Positions 28,330 to 40,798 of a stretch of 64,000 nt of DNA are shown piece after piece (position 1 is the stretch's first letter; each line of letters starts with the position of its first letter). This DNA comes from Octopus sinensis (taxonomy: Eukaryota), in NCBI RefSeq assembly GCF_006345805.1, contig NC_043004.1, forward strand, positions 51,274,001 to 51,338,000, given 5' to 3'. The notes under the pieces were generated by a model. It worked only from the letters and a program-made list of their open reading frames with translations. It had not been told where the DNA came from and did no database searches. Both the position numbers and the translations under genes were made by a program.

Positions 28330-29965
28330 TCAATGGATAGGGTGATCATTGGTAGACTCAGCATTAAATTAGATATGTGTGCGTGCACTTGTTAATGTCT
28401 TTAGAAAAAAATGTTACTTGTGTATAAACAATTTTGTTTTATTATTATTTTTATCAGTGATATTCCATGAAAAAAAAACCAGTTTATTGCTTCATTTGTC
28501 AAGTGATATTCACAAAGGTAAAAGTATAATAAAGCAGCATACCTTGTATATAAATAATATTGATTCAAAATTTTATAACTGTAACAGAACTTCTAGTAAG
28601 CACAATTTTATATGGTTAATTATTCTATTTACCAAGCAAATTAACAGTAACTTAGTTAAGTCTCTTTATAAACTATTTTTGAAATACTTTACTAAAGAAA
28701 GTAAATATTATGACATAATTAATCCCAGTAATATCTGTATTGGCTTTTCTATCTTGACTAATGCTTCCCAGATCATATCTTCACTTAACAATAAAAAATT
28801 AACTAATTTCTATAGTAATACGGTTAAATTTAGTACCAATACATTACAGGACAACATAGACAATTCTGATTATAATAAATGTGCTAATAAACTATCTAAA
28901 GTACAAAGGAAACAGCTCCCATTGGATCCCACCTTAACCCTTTTAGCTTGGCTAGTACATATTTGAACCAGTCAAAAACTTTACAACCCAAATCTTTAAA
29001 ATTCCCATTCTAAGTGGTGCAGTATGGTACCACTCTAGTTTTTCTGGTAAGTATGTAGTGCCAGAAATGATCGAAGTGTATGACATTATAATGACAGCTC
29101 AAAAGGCTCACATGCATACAAACCCCCTGCCATTCCTGACTGCTTTTAAAGTGTTTATTATTGGTTCTCATGCTTTGGTAAGTTATTTATAACATCTTCT
29201 TCACTGTAGACGTATTTACTTAATCACAAACATATTGTGCATAGTTTATAAGCATTGGATAGTAATATCCTTGCAACAATGTTGCAATACATATTTCTAA
29301 AAGTAAAAAATTTTGAGTGGTACATACCTGTACCATTGTGGTTTTGTATAGGTACACATTTGTACCATTGTAGTTTGTTGTGTAGCTAAGATTGTACCAG
29401 TTGTGTTATAAAACTGTTCTATAGAGAAATTTCTTTTTGTTGTGAATCAAATGTACATATACAGTTTTTCAATCAATCTTCATATTATTCCCTAATATTT
29501 GAAATTTTCATTTTTTTACAAAATTTACTGCAGTATTTTATACAACTGGTACAAACATGGTACATCATCTAAATAAAATGGTACATGCATGGTAGATTAG
29601 AAAATCCAAATGGTACAAATATGTACCAGAGTAAAAATAGTGTCTACATAACTGGCACTGTCATAATAAGCATTTACACTATATAGTTCTATATATACAC
29701 TATATATACAAAATTTTAGAGAAAATGCATACAAATCTTGATAAAAAATTCCAGGTTGAAAGAGTTAGCCAAGAGACTAACCCTATGAACAATAATAATA
29801 CTGAATGAAATTCTATAAAAGAAAATAATAGTAAAAGTAAAAATATATATTGTGATTGCAAATTTAAAGATAAATGCAGTATATAGATGTAAAGTGGAAT
29901 CCAAAGGTAAAATCTATTTTTATATTCGATCAATGGAAAACTATATAAAAAGGTGAATTGCTAAC
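28330..29965 (+). mobile_element. Decayed Penelope-like element (RT thumb region and GIY-YIG start), split by a MITE
   Basis: ORF 28379-28966 segment IWLIILFTKQINSNL...SKYY...QIISSLNNKKL aligns with the 40900-41100 PLE. After the MITE come YCDCKFKDKC and NAVYRCKV...YFYI (about 29845-29930). Confidence 0.78.
28938..29764. mobile_element. piggyBac-like element inserted in the PLE
   Basis: TTAA|CCCTTTTAGCTTGG and degenerate right end CCAGGTTGAAAGAG|TTAG; PLE coding similarity resumes after it. Confidence 0.55.
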
Positions 29966-30109
29966 CGCGAATAATGATGATATACCCATTTGCATCGATG
30001 AGAAGCAAACATCTTTTTAGTACTTCACTGATACACTGGATAAAACCAAGGAGCCTGGATGTTAATATACCTTTAAGAAGTATATATCCTAGCAATAATA
30101 TACATATAT

Positions 30110-30189
<80 letters not shown>

Positions 30190-31029
30190 GTAAATATGTA
30201 CATATACGTATGTATATATGCATATATATATATATATTATTTATATTATTATACGATTGAATTCCACACATCCTCTTCCAAGTAAGTTTTATCTTAATAA
30301 TTCTGATGCACACTCTATATGATCTTTTTACTCTTTCGTTTTTCATTCTTTCTCTTTATTATTCTTTTACCTCCTCTTTTCCCACTATTCTATCCTATTA
30401 CTCTGTCACTCTCTCTTCCTCACTCCTCCTCCCTTGCTCACGTGGCTCCCATGTGACCATCAAAATATCTGAAAGAAGACAAAATGAAACTCATGAAGAA
30501 AATGGAGTAAGGCTTGAAGAAAATACATTAAGAATTACTGAAAAGAAGGAGAAATAAATTCCACCAGTTTTGCAGGATGCTATGATAGGATCATGAAATT
30601 TGAAGTTTTAGCTCAATAAATATATATTTTGAGACTCTTCCTTCAGTACTAACCACTCTTTATTTTCCTTCTGTATTTCCTTTTACCCCAAAGCCAGGAT
30701 GTTTCCTGTATCTTCTATTACCCAAATCAGGAACTTTTCAGCACACCCTCGTATTTATGCATACAGGAGACAAATAAATGTGGCAAATTTAACTATTTTT
30801 CCTTAGACTAAAAAAAAATGATAAACAGCTTTCGAAATATCAAACCTTATTGTGTTCTTATCAGAAGTGTCTACATCTCTTGACCAACGCCATAAAAATA
30901 AGCAGCTGATTTGCTTTATATACTCAACAAACCCAGTAGCTATAGAGAACTGCGGATACAAATTTGCATATCATAAGTGATCAGCACTTTATTTAATATC
31001 TCCAACCTTTCAACAGGGATCTCAAGTCA

Positions 31030-33240
31030 CACAGAATCAACATATGATATATGTAAACTTATGTAGGATACCAAATCTCGTAACCAATTCATGTAAAAAA
31101 ATTTATCACAGTTGAGGAGGTTGGTTTTTTTGCACTTACAAATTTCTGGCCATTTCAAGAAACTATCAACTACCACTAAGTAGTAAGAACCATTAAAAGA
31201 ACCAACGAAATCAACGTGTAGTTTCGACCATGAAACATCTTCTGAACAATGTTTACTTTTTATCAGGGACAATTTTTTATTTCCTTTTTGGTTACAAATA
31301 GGTGTTCCACACTGTTTCACTGCAATTTTTTGTTTCAGTCCCTCAGCTGCATTTGAGCCTTCAACTGAACCAACTATATTTCCACTCAAAACACTTATAG
31401 GCATATTCCACAACTTGAATAGGTTCATCCACTCTGTGCCAAACAGATTAAGTGAATCTTTTAATACATGTATCTTTGCCTTTTTCATTTGACATTACAT
31501 CACTGAAAAAATATAATCTTTTGCTCGTAACATCATGTGCTACCTTTTTCGATTTAATTAATTTCAACTTACCGACATATTTAAGTTTTTTCGTTTATAA
31601 TGGTGATATCACTACCAGTGTCCAACTGCATTTTAACACTTGTATTTCTGAATTTCACTTTCATAAATTTCCTCATTGTTATATTACCAATTTCTTCCAA
31701 TGACATACTATTTATTCTGACATTTTGTCATCTTTGTTCTTCAGTGCATCTTTATATGTCCTATATTTTCATAGAAAAGCAGTCTGCTTTTCTAAATGGA
31801 CAATTTTTCTTCAGGTGTATATCTCCACATGCAAAACATGGGTTTATTTCCTGATTTTTTTCTAGTGATTTTTAGAAAACACTTTACCTCTATTCTGACT
31901 ATTTTGCACTTGTTTTACTTGGAAACAATCATTACGTCCAATTTCCTCTCTGTGTTGTGTCTTAATTTGACTATCCTTCTACATTCTTCTGGCACTTGTT
32001 GTAGGGTTACATCCCGGTTTTGTTCCAACTTTCTGAGAATTCTGGTTCTAGCTTCTGTGTCCTCTTTTGGCGGCAAATCCCTGTGTAAATATCAAGCATT
32101 TGAACATAACTGGCATAAATTTGTCAAGCTTGAACTTCTTGCATTCCCTGTTTTCTCTACCAGTCTATGTGATGCGGTCCTCATTGTTTTTTTTTTGTTT
32201 TTTTATGTGTTCAGACACTTCCAACATGTGTTGAACAATGAGCTTTTTTCATTTAACATTTTACACAATATATCTATTGTTTTATTGAAGTTTATGTCTG
32301 AAGGTTTTCTTGGGAGTACATAATTACTGTATCATTCATGTTCTGTTGCTGCCAGTTTTCTCAAGATTAAGCGCATTTTCATCTTGTTGTCCCAATCTTT
32401 ACATTCTTTCTCAAAGATTTGCTCATATCTTCTGTAGGCACAGGAGTGGCTGTGTGGTAAGTAGCTTGCTAATCAACCACATGGTTCCGGGTTCAGTCCC
32501 ACTGCGTGGCATCTTGGGCAAGTGTCTTCTGCTATAGTCCTGGGCCGACCAATGCCTTGTGAGTGGATTTGGTAGACGGAAACTGAAAGAAGCCTGTCGT
32601 ATATATGTATATATATATGTATGTGTGTGTATATGTTTGTGTGTCTGTGTTTGTCCCCCTAGCATTGCTTGACAACCGATGCTGGTGTGTTTACATCCCT
32701 GACACTTAGCGGTTTGGCAAAAGAGACCGATAGAATAAGTACTGGGCTTACAAAGAATAAGTCCCGGGGTCAATTTGCTCGACTAAAGGCGGTGCTCCAG
32801 CATGGCTGCAGTCAAATGACTGAAACAAGTAAAAGAGTAAAAGAGTAAGAGTATACTTTGAAGGTAACTCCTTCGTCAGGCTCGTCTTTGAATTCTGCTA
32901 TGGAGTTTGTGACATAGTCTATCAAGAACACTTTTTCAGACTTTCCAGATGACTTCACTAAATGCAGTATTTGTTGTTGTAATATTAATTGCTGTTGTTG
33001 CTGTTTCTGTTGCTGCTCTTGCAGTTGTATCTGCTGCTGATGTTGTTGCTTCAGCTGTAGTTCTTGCAATTGTAGCCGCTGCTGTTGTTCTTTCAATTGC
33101 TGTTGTTGCTTCTTTTGCAACTCAAACAAATTGACCAGCAAATTTTCCATAATTTTACGATTTTTTTTGTAAAATTTACACAACAAAAACTTTTGCGAGT
33201 TTATTAATTCCTCGTGAGTTGTTTGAATCTTCGTTGCCAC
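31030..33240 (-). mobile_element. Internally deleted Ty3/Gypsy element (gag, protease, integrase fragment), interrupted by a SINE at 32437-32850
   Basis: Poly-Q gag N-terminus, knuckle CFACGDIHLKKNC, protease VKMQLDTGSDITI, integrase WSKLHVDFVGSFNGSYYLVVVDSFLKWPE. No RT motifs between protease and integrase. Confidence 0.85.
33227..33239 (-). promoter_or_regulatory. Primer-binding site, probably tRNA-Ser(GCU)
   Basis: TGGCAACGAAGAT, two transitions from TGGCGACGAGGAT (complement of the tRNA-Ser(GCU) 3' end as recalled), 1 nt from the LTR candidate. Confidence 0.65.
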
Positions 33241-33436
33241 TGTAAATCTTACAATGTTGGATTGTTATGATGGCCATTTCGGTATACAGTATACTTAGTA
33301 AAACTAGTAAAGACAAGACTATTTCTGACCACCAACTACATACTCTGGTACTTCACGTACTTCTCTTTACTTATAGTGACCCTGTCATTCCAGTTATCAC
33401 GTGGGAGGAGTGTACCATTATTACTAATTCCCTACA
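33241..33436 (-). mobile_element. Candidate 5' LTR of the Gypsy element
   Basis: TGT...ACA termini abutting the PBS; no partner LTR found in the window. Confidence 0.55.
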
Positions 33437-33852
33437 GCACACAGACAACCACACACACAAACACACACACACACATTTACATATATCTGTGTGTGTATCT
33501 TTGTGTCTGTGTTTTCCCCATCAACGCTTGATAACCAGTGTTGGTTTGTTTATGTCACCGTAACTTAGTGGTTCCACAACAGGACCAATAGAATAAGTAC
33601 CAGGCTTGAAAAAAAGAGAAGACTACTGGAATTAATTTGCTTGAGACAAGTAAAAAATAAAAATAGAAAAGATATATATATATATATATATATATATAAA
33701 CACACACACACAAACACATACATAAATACATACTTGATTATATACACACACACACACACATAACGTAGGAAAATAAATGTATGATAAAGATGATAAGATG
33801 TATATGCATGAGAAAGAAAGAGAATGACAGTAAGAGAAAGACAGACAGACAG

Positions 33853-33885
<33 letters not shown>

Positions 33886-34069
33886 CAAATAGACCAACAG
33901 AGCGAATACCATGGTTTTTCATGCTGGGTAATTCAAGAACTCCACCCTAAAATTGAGGGTGAGGATTGGCAAGTAGGTGTACATTCTTTAATTTATAGCT
34001 TGTTTATATTGGCAATTGAAGATACATCCAGTCTGCCTGTTTAAACTCATATCTTCAAATGTATGTATG

Positions 34070-34104
<35 letters not shown>

Positions 34105-34149
34105 GTGTGTGTATGTATGTATGTATGTATGTATGTATATATGTATGTA

Positions 34150-34186
<37 letters not shown>

Positions 34187-34284
34187 ATGTGTGTGTGTAT
34201 GTACGTATGTATGTATGTATGTATGCATGTACATACATTACATATATGTATGTATATATGTGTGTACATGTGTGTTTGTGTATA

Positions 34285-34316
<32 letters not shown>

Positions 34317-34411
34317 CTTTATTTAAAAGCAGCAGAAATATAACAAAAGCTGTTGCTCAGAGTTTCATGTTCGTGTTTCTTGGACAGTTTTTCTGCTGCT
34401 TTTAAATAAAG
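34317..34411. repeat. 22-bp perfect inverted repeat with a 51-nt spacer
   Basis: CTTTATTTAAAAGCAGCAGAAA (34317-34338) / TTTCTGCTGCTTTTAAATAAAG (34390-34411). Confidence 0.9.
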
Positions 34412-34480
34412 CATATTACTCTACCTCTGGTATTTGAGTACACTTTTTACCCACCTTGTTTCACATTTATGTGCTTACTC

Positions 34481-34522
<42 letters not shown>

Positions 34523-34857
34523 ATATAATATATTATATATTATATATATATATATATATAAATATTATGTGTAGAAAAATACAAACTGGGACAAGAACGT
34601 AAAACATTTAGAAGACGATACAACAAACACGGACGGGACATTCGAAGCCTTCAATCTTCAGTCAAGAACCGGATCATCTTAGCAATTTCGGCTGATCAAA
34701 ATAAACAACAAGGATATCCAGAGGTAATGCAGCTAAGCATTATGTCTGGATACCTTGTTGCTTATTTTGATTTTAATCACCATACTTTGAAATTGTATGG
34801 ATAATACCGTACTAAATTCTGGTGCCTCAACTTAAGTACCATATTCATCTGAATCTA

Positions 34858-34919
<62 letters not shown>

Positions 34920-35667
34920 TAACAGTTCCAAATTTTACCACAGGGCAGCCATTCTGAGGGAGGAGATGAGTTGATTATAATTGGTAATTATTTTATCATT
35001 CCCAAAAGGATGAAAGGTAAAGTGAATCTTAGTGGAATATGAACCCTGAACGTAGTGATGGCGAAATACTACTAAGCATTTTGTCCAGTGCACTAACAAT
35101 TCTACCAGTTCGCCACCCATAATAATAATAATAATAACAATGGTTCCAAATTTTGGTACAGGGCCAATTGCTTTTTAGAGGAAGAGGAATTCAATTAGAT
35201 CAACCTCAGTGTTTGGCTGATACTTATTTTATTGACCCTGAAAGGGTAAAAGGCAATGGTGACCTTGATGGAATTTGAACTCAGAATGTTGAGACTGAAA
35301 AATGCAACTAAATATTTTGTCTGGCATGCTAACAATTCTAATTAGAGCCTGGGGCCCAAATCCTTGTAAATGAATTTGGCAGACAAAAACTGAAAAAAAG
35401 CTTTGGTTGGTCTGAGGCTATAGAAGACACTTACCCAAGGTGCCACACAGACTGAACCTGGGACAATGTGGTTGAGAAGCAAGCTTCTTACCACACAGCC
35501 ACGCCCGTACATTTTGGTTTGAAAAGTTTTAACTTGCATGCTGAAGGAAAAGGTGGATAATCTCTCCCTGCCACTCTGATTTTCCTTATGTGCCACTCTG
35601 ATTCTCAGGTGTGCTACATAGTCCCATTACCCTTACAACTTAACCATTTTGCCCTTCTAGATACCTA

Positions 35668-35893
35668 TTTCTTTATTACCCACAAGGGGCTAAACATAGA
35701 GAGGACAAATAAGGACAGACATAGGTATTAAGTTGATTCCATCGACCCCAGTGCGTAACTGGTACTTAATTTATCGACCCCGAAAGGATGAAAGGCAAAT
35801 TCGACCTCGGCGGCATTTGAACTCAGAATGTAACGTCAGACGAAATGCCGCTAAGCATTTCGCCCAGCGTGCTAACGTTTCTGCCAGCTCGCC
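35668..35893 (-). mobile_element. Family C SINE, full length, with a 17-bp TSD
   Basis: GCCCTTCTAGATACCTA at 35651-35667 and 35894-35910. Confidence 0.9.
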
Positions 35894-37075
35894 GCCCTTC
35901 TAGATACCTACAAGCACCTACCTGCTGGCCTAAAGGCTCTATTGTTCTCAGTAAAATCCCCTCCCTCATGTCCACCACTAATTACTATAACCCTTATTGA
36001 CCCATGCTACAACACCACACACCTGCCTACTTCCTGAATCACCACCTCTCACGCACCTAAACACTTCCTCCTGACCTCATCCATCTCCACTGTTACTTCA
36101 AACACCTTTACATAATGTACCCACATCCTCCCATCAATACCCCCCCACTCCATATAGCTTGAAGCCATATTTTCATTCTATGATGATGATGATGATGATG
36201 ATGGTGGTAGTGGCAATGATATTGTTGTTTTCATCATTAGTGTTGTTGTTGTAGTTGTTGGTGGTGGTGGTGGTGGTGATGGTGGTGATGGTGCTGCTGC
36301 TGGTGTTGGTATTGGGGAATGGTAATAATAATGATGATGATGATGATGATAATGATGCTGATGGTGGTAGTTGTGGTAGTGATGATGATGTTAGGCAGAA
36401 TTGTTAGCATGCCGGGCAAAATGCTTAGCGGTATTTTGTCTGCGTTACGTTGTAAGTTCAAATTCCGCCGAGGTCGACTTTGCCTTTCATCCTTTCGGGG
36501 TCGATTAAATAAGTACCAGTTACGCACTGGGGTTGATGTAATCGACTTAATACCTATGTCTGTCCTTGTTTGTCCCCTCTGTGTGTAGCCCCTTGTGGGT
36601 AATAAAGAAATAGGTATTAGGGGAGGGATGATGATGATAACGGTGATGAATGATAATGATGCTAATGATGTTGGTGGTGGTGGTAGTGGTGGTGGTGGTG
36701 GTGGTGGTGGTGGTGGTGGTGGTGATGCTGATAATGTTTGTTTGTGGTGGAAGTTGTTATAGTGGTGGTGGTGCTGGTGTTGCTATTGGCAGTGGCAAAT
36801 GATAATGATGAAGATGATGATGATGATGATGGTAGCTGTGATCTAATACAGCATGTAAAAATAGAATTGAACACCTCACTCCCCCTCTGTCAGCATTATG
36901 GTGTGTTGTGTTTGTGTGTGTGTGTGTGTGTGTTTGTGCTGCTTTGAGCTTCATGTAGACTACACTGTTGCCACACCCAAACAAGCATCTGGAAATGTTT
37001 CAGTGATGTCACTTAACAGAAATAGAAAGAGCAGGCAAGTTATGTGTGTAAAATGTAGGTGGGTATATATGTGTA

Positions 37076-37108
<33 letters not shown>

Positions 37109-37321
37109 ATTACTCTTTTACTCTTTTACTTGTTTCAGTCATTTGACTGTGGCCATGCTGGAGCACTGCCTTTAGTCGAGCAAACCGACCCCAGGACTTA
37201 TTCTTTGTAAGCCCAGTACTTATTCTATCGGTCTCTTTTGCCGAACCGCTAAGTGACGGGGACGTAAACACACCAGCATCGGTTGTCAAGCAATGCTAGG
37301 GGGACAAACACAGACACACAA

Positions 37322-37355
<34 letters not shown>

Positions 37356-37545
37356 ATATATACGACAGGCTTCTTTCAGTTTCCGTCTACCAAATCCACT
37401 CACAAGGCATTGGTCAGCCCGGGGCTATAGTAGAAGATACTTGTCCAAGATGCCACGCAGTGGGACTGAACCCAGAACCATGTGGTTGGTTAGTAAGCTA
37501 CTTACCACACAGCCACTCCTGCGTCTATATATACACACATGCATA

Positions 37546-37600
<55 letters not shown>

Positions 37601-39223
37601 ATATATAATATATATATATATATATAATATATATATATGCATATATATATATTTATAGAACATTTATGTTCATACTTACCCAATAGAGGTGTATGTGTGT
37701 GCGTGTGTTTTTGTATTTCAAAATCTGACAAAAACATAACAGAAAACAACAAAAACAAATGGAAAAATAGACAAAAACATAATACATGGAAATTTCACAG
37801 CTGATTTCTCATTAGTCAATGTCCAAGACATCCTAATGGTTTCATGGTTTTTAACATTGATACCACTCTGTCTTTGGTAGCACCACAGCAAGAAGCCTTT
37901 TGGAAGAGCTAACAAATGTATACAAGGTAAAAACAAACAAGATAAGCTACAAAATATAACAATATATATAGGCGTAGGAGTGGCTGTGTGGTAAATAGCT
38001 TGCTTACAAACCACTTGGTTCTGGGTTCAGTCCCACTGCCTGGCACCTTGGGCAAATGTCTTCTACTATAGCCTCGTGAGTGGATTTGGTAGACGGAAAC
38101 TGAAAGAAGCTCGTCGAATATATGTACATATATATGTATGTGCGTGTATATGATTGTATGTCCGTGTTTGTCCCCTCAACATCGCTTGACAACCGATGGT
38201 GGTGTGTTTACGTCCCCGTAACTTAGCGGTTCGGCAAAAGAGATTGATAGAATAAATACTAGGCTTACAAAAAATAAGTCCTGGGGTCGATTTGCTCGAC
38301 TAAAGACGGTGCTCCAGCATAGCCGCAGTCAAATGACTGAAACAAGTAAAAGAGTAATATATACATGCACACGCATGTGAAGGCACGGTGTACTAATGAT
38401 CGTGAAATTGTGCTTTGAATTCCCAGACCGACGTTTTGTGTTCCTGAGAAAAACACTTCATTTCATGTTACTTCCGTCCACTCAGCTGCAGATGGGTAAC
38501 CTTGCTGCAGTCTAGAGTAATAATGTCACTAATCAAGTTTAGATCTAAATAACTTTTTCATTTTTCATTTTTAAAAGCAAAATATATTTATCTTAGCTTC
38601 AATGATAGAAGAAAGCATGAAAAACTTCATAGTTTTGGTCCCATGCAGCAAAAATTTGTATAAAAATAGTTGTGAGGTAAAATATGAAAAAAATATATAA
38701 GTAAAGCAAAAAACTGGATTTAAGTAAAATGAATGTTTTTTATTTTAAAAACTATCTATATTTTAATTAAGCTTAAATGAAAGAGCTCAATTCGAGGAAT
38801 TTCATGTATCAATATCATGCAATGAAGTTCTAAAAGAAAAAAATTAGAGGTGTGATGATATAGCACTATACTTTTTTATGAATATAGTTCTATAAGGGGA
38901 CTTTTAATATATGTCACCGGCATCACTGAGGTAAGGAAAAAAATTATCAACGACACCATTAATTGACACATTTGACACATTATTAACTAGCATAATAGCA
39001 TAGCCTGGAAAAAACATTGATTACATGGAAAAATGCAAGAGAAATAATATTTTTAAGAATATAAATGTGGAAAAGTACAGGACAAGTTATTACGCTTGGA
39101 AAAGTTCAGGATAAGTTATGTCTGATAAAGTACAGAACAGATAAGATATGTCTGATAAAGTACAGAACAAGAAAGTTTTTACTTAAAATATTGCAGCTAA
39201 GGATAAAATTAGAATATTAAAAA

Positions 39224-39620
39224 CTAGCAGTATCGCCTGGCATTGCTCGGGTTTGTAAGGGAAATAACTATATAAGCATTTTTAGAGAGTTATAGCCAAA
39301 AAATAGTAAAAAAATGCATTAAAAATGGAAAAAAAATGATGGTAAATTTTTTTTTAAATCGTTGACTCATCGTAGACATTTTTAGAGAGTTACTTCCCTT
39401 ATATAATAGCGAAAAAATGCATTAAAATGGAAAAAAATGATGGTAAATTTTTTTTAAATCATAGACTCATCGTAGATGCGTGCTAATACCCAGAAGGGCT
39501 CAATATGAATCACGACTATAAGATACCCGGTTTTGGTTAAACTGCACCGCAAAATGTGGGAGTAGTTAGGAATCTAAATCGTAGGAGACAGACAAACAAC
39601 CTTACTTTTATATATAAGGA
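39224..39620 (-). mobile_element. Non-autonomous Helitron (family H1) with an internal ~95-bp duplication
   Basis: Minus strand A|TCCTTATATATAAAAG ... CCCGAGCAATGCCAGG ... CTAG|T; homologous to 5633-5923. Confidence 0.87.
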
Positions 39621-39887
39621 TTATTTGATTTTAATTTACAAAGAACATTATTAATTGAAAAAAGGTGCAATCATTTTGTTAAAATATTGACACACTAGAA
39701 TACTTAAAAAATTAGAACCAGAAGTACCAATATAGCTAAAGGTTTATGCAAAGCAGAATATTATATATGGTAGGCAAATTCATTATGTCAAAAATAGGCA
39801 TTGGATCAAGGCAATAACTTAGGCAATAACTCATGCAAATTTTACTGTGAATTTATTGTTATAGGTAGATTTTACTGTAATAATAAT

Positions 39888-40655
39888 CATCATCATCATC
39901 GTTTAACGTCCGTTTTCCATGCTGGCATGGGTTGGACAGTTTGACTGAGGACTGGCAAGCAAGGAGGCTGCATCAGGCTCCAATCTCATCAGGCAAGGTT
40001 TCTATATCTGATGCCTTTCCTAACTCCAACCACTCTGAGAGTGTAGTGGGTGCTTTTTGTGTGCCGCCGGTGTGAAAGCCAGTCAGACAGTACTGGCAAT
40101 GGCAATGCTCGAATGTTGCTTTTTGCATGCCACCAGCATGGGACCAGTCAGGCGGCACTGGCATCAACCACACTTGAATGGTGCTTCTTACATGCTACCA
40201 GTATGGGACCAGTCAGGCAGCACTGGCATCAACCACACTTGAATGGTGCTTCTTATGTGCTACCAGCATGGGACCAGTCAGGCGGCACTGGCATCAACCA
40301 CACTTGAATGGTGCTTCTTACATGCTACCAGCATGGGACCAGTCAGGCAGCACTGGCATCAACCACACTTGAATGGTGCTTCTTACATGCTACCAGCATG
40401 GGACCAGTCAGGCGGCACTGTCATCAACCACACTTGAATGGTGCTTCTTATGTGCTACCAGCATGGGACCAGTCAGGCGGCACTGGCATCAACCATTCTC
40501 GAATGGTGCTTTTTGCATGCCAATAGCATGGGACCAGTCAGGCATTAGCCACAACAATGACTTCACTTGACAGTTTATTGCGCAGTCGTTGAAGGGTACT
40601 CTTAAATGGGCCGGTTCTGCTTCACTGGCATAGGCCACGCTTACGGTCTCACTTG
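39888..40655 (-). mobile_element. RTE LINE 3' UTR fragment with a (GAT)n tail
   Basis: Matches the RTE 3' end at 60000-60369. Similar tails at about 20345, 44085, 44360, 46080, 47670, 50590, 51830 and 52160. Confidence 0.85.
40111..40547. repeat. 65-bp minisatellite, about 6.7 units
   Basis: Units start at 40111, 40176, 40241, 40306, 40371, 40436 and 40501. Confidence 0.95.
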
Positions 40656-40798
40656 GCCTATATATATATATATATATATCATTCGGTCATCAGGATAGGG
40701 CCGTCTATAATAACATTAATAATTTTAGTAGTGACGGGAGCGCTGCGGGTGCTGGGGCAGTCGCTCCCGCATTTAATTTAGCGAACAAGGATAATTAG

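Noticed and set aside
28379-28966. Novel host protein of 195 aa
   Set aside because: It aligns with the PLE thumb region at 40900-41100.
34640-34700. Hammerhead on the minus strand (CTGAAGA...GAATGTC)
   Set aside because: A15.1 is missing, stem II is weak and stem I does not pair.
40111-40547. CRISPR-like periodic array
   Set aside because: Units are contiguous near-identical 65-mers with no unique spacers, inside a LINE 3' UTR.
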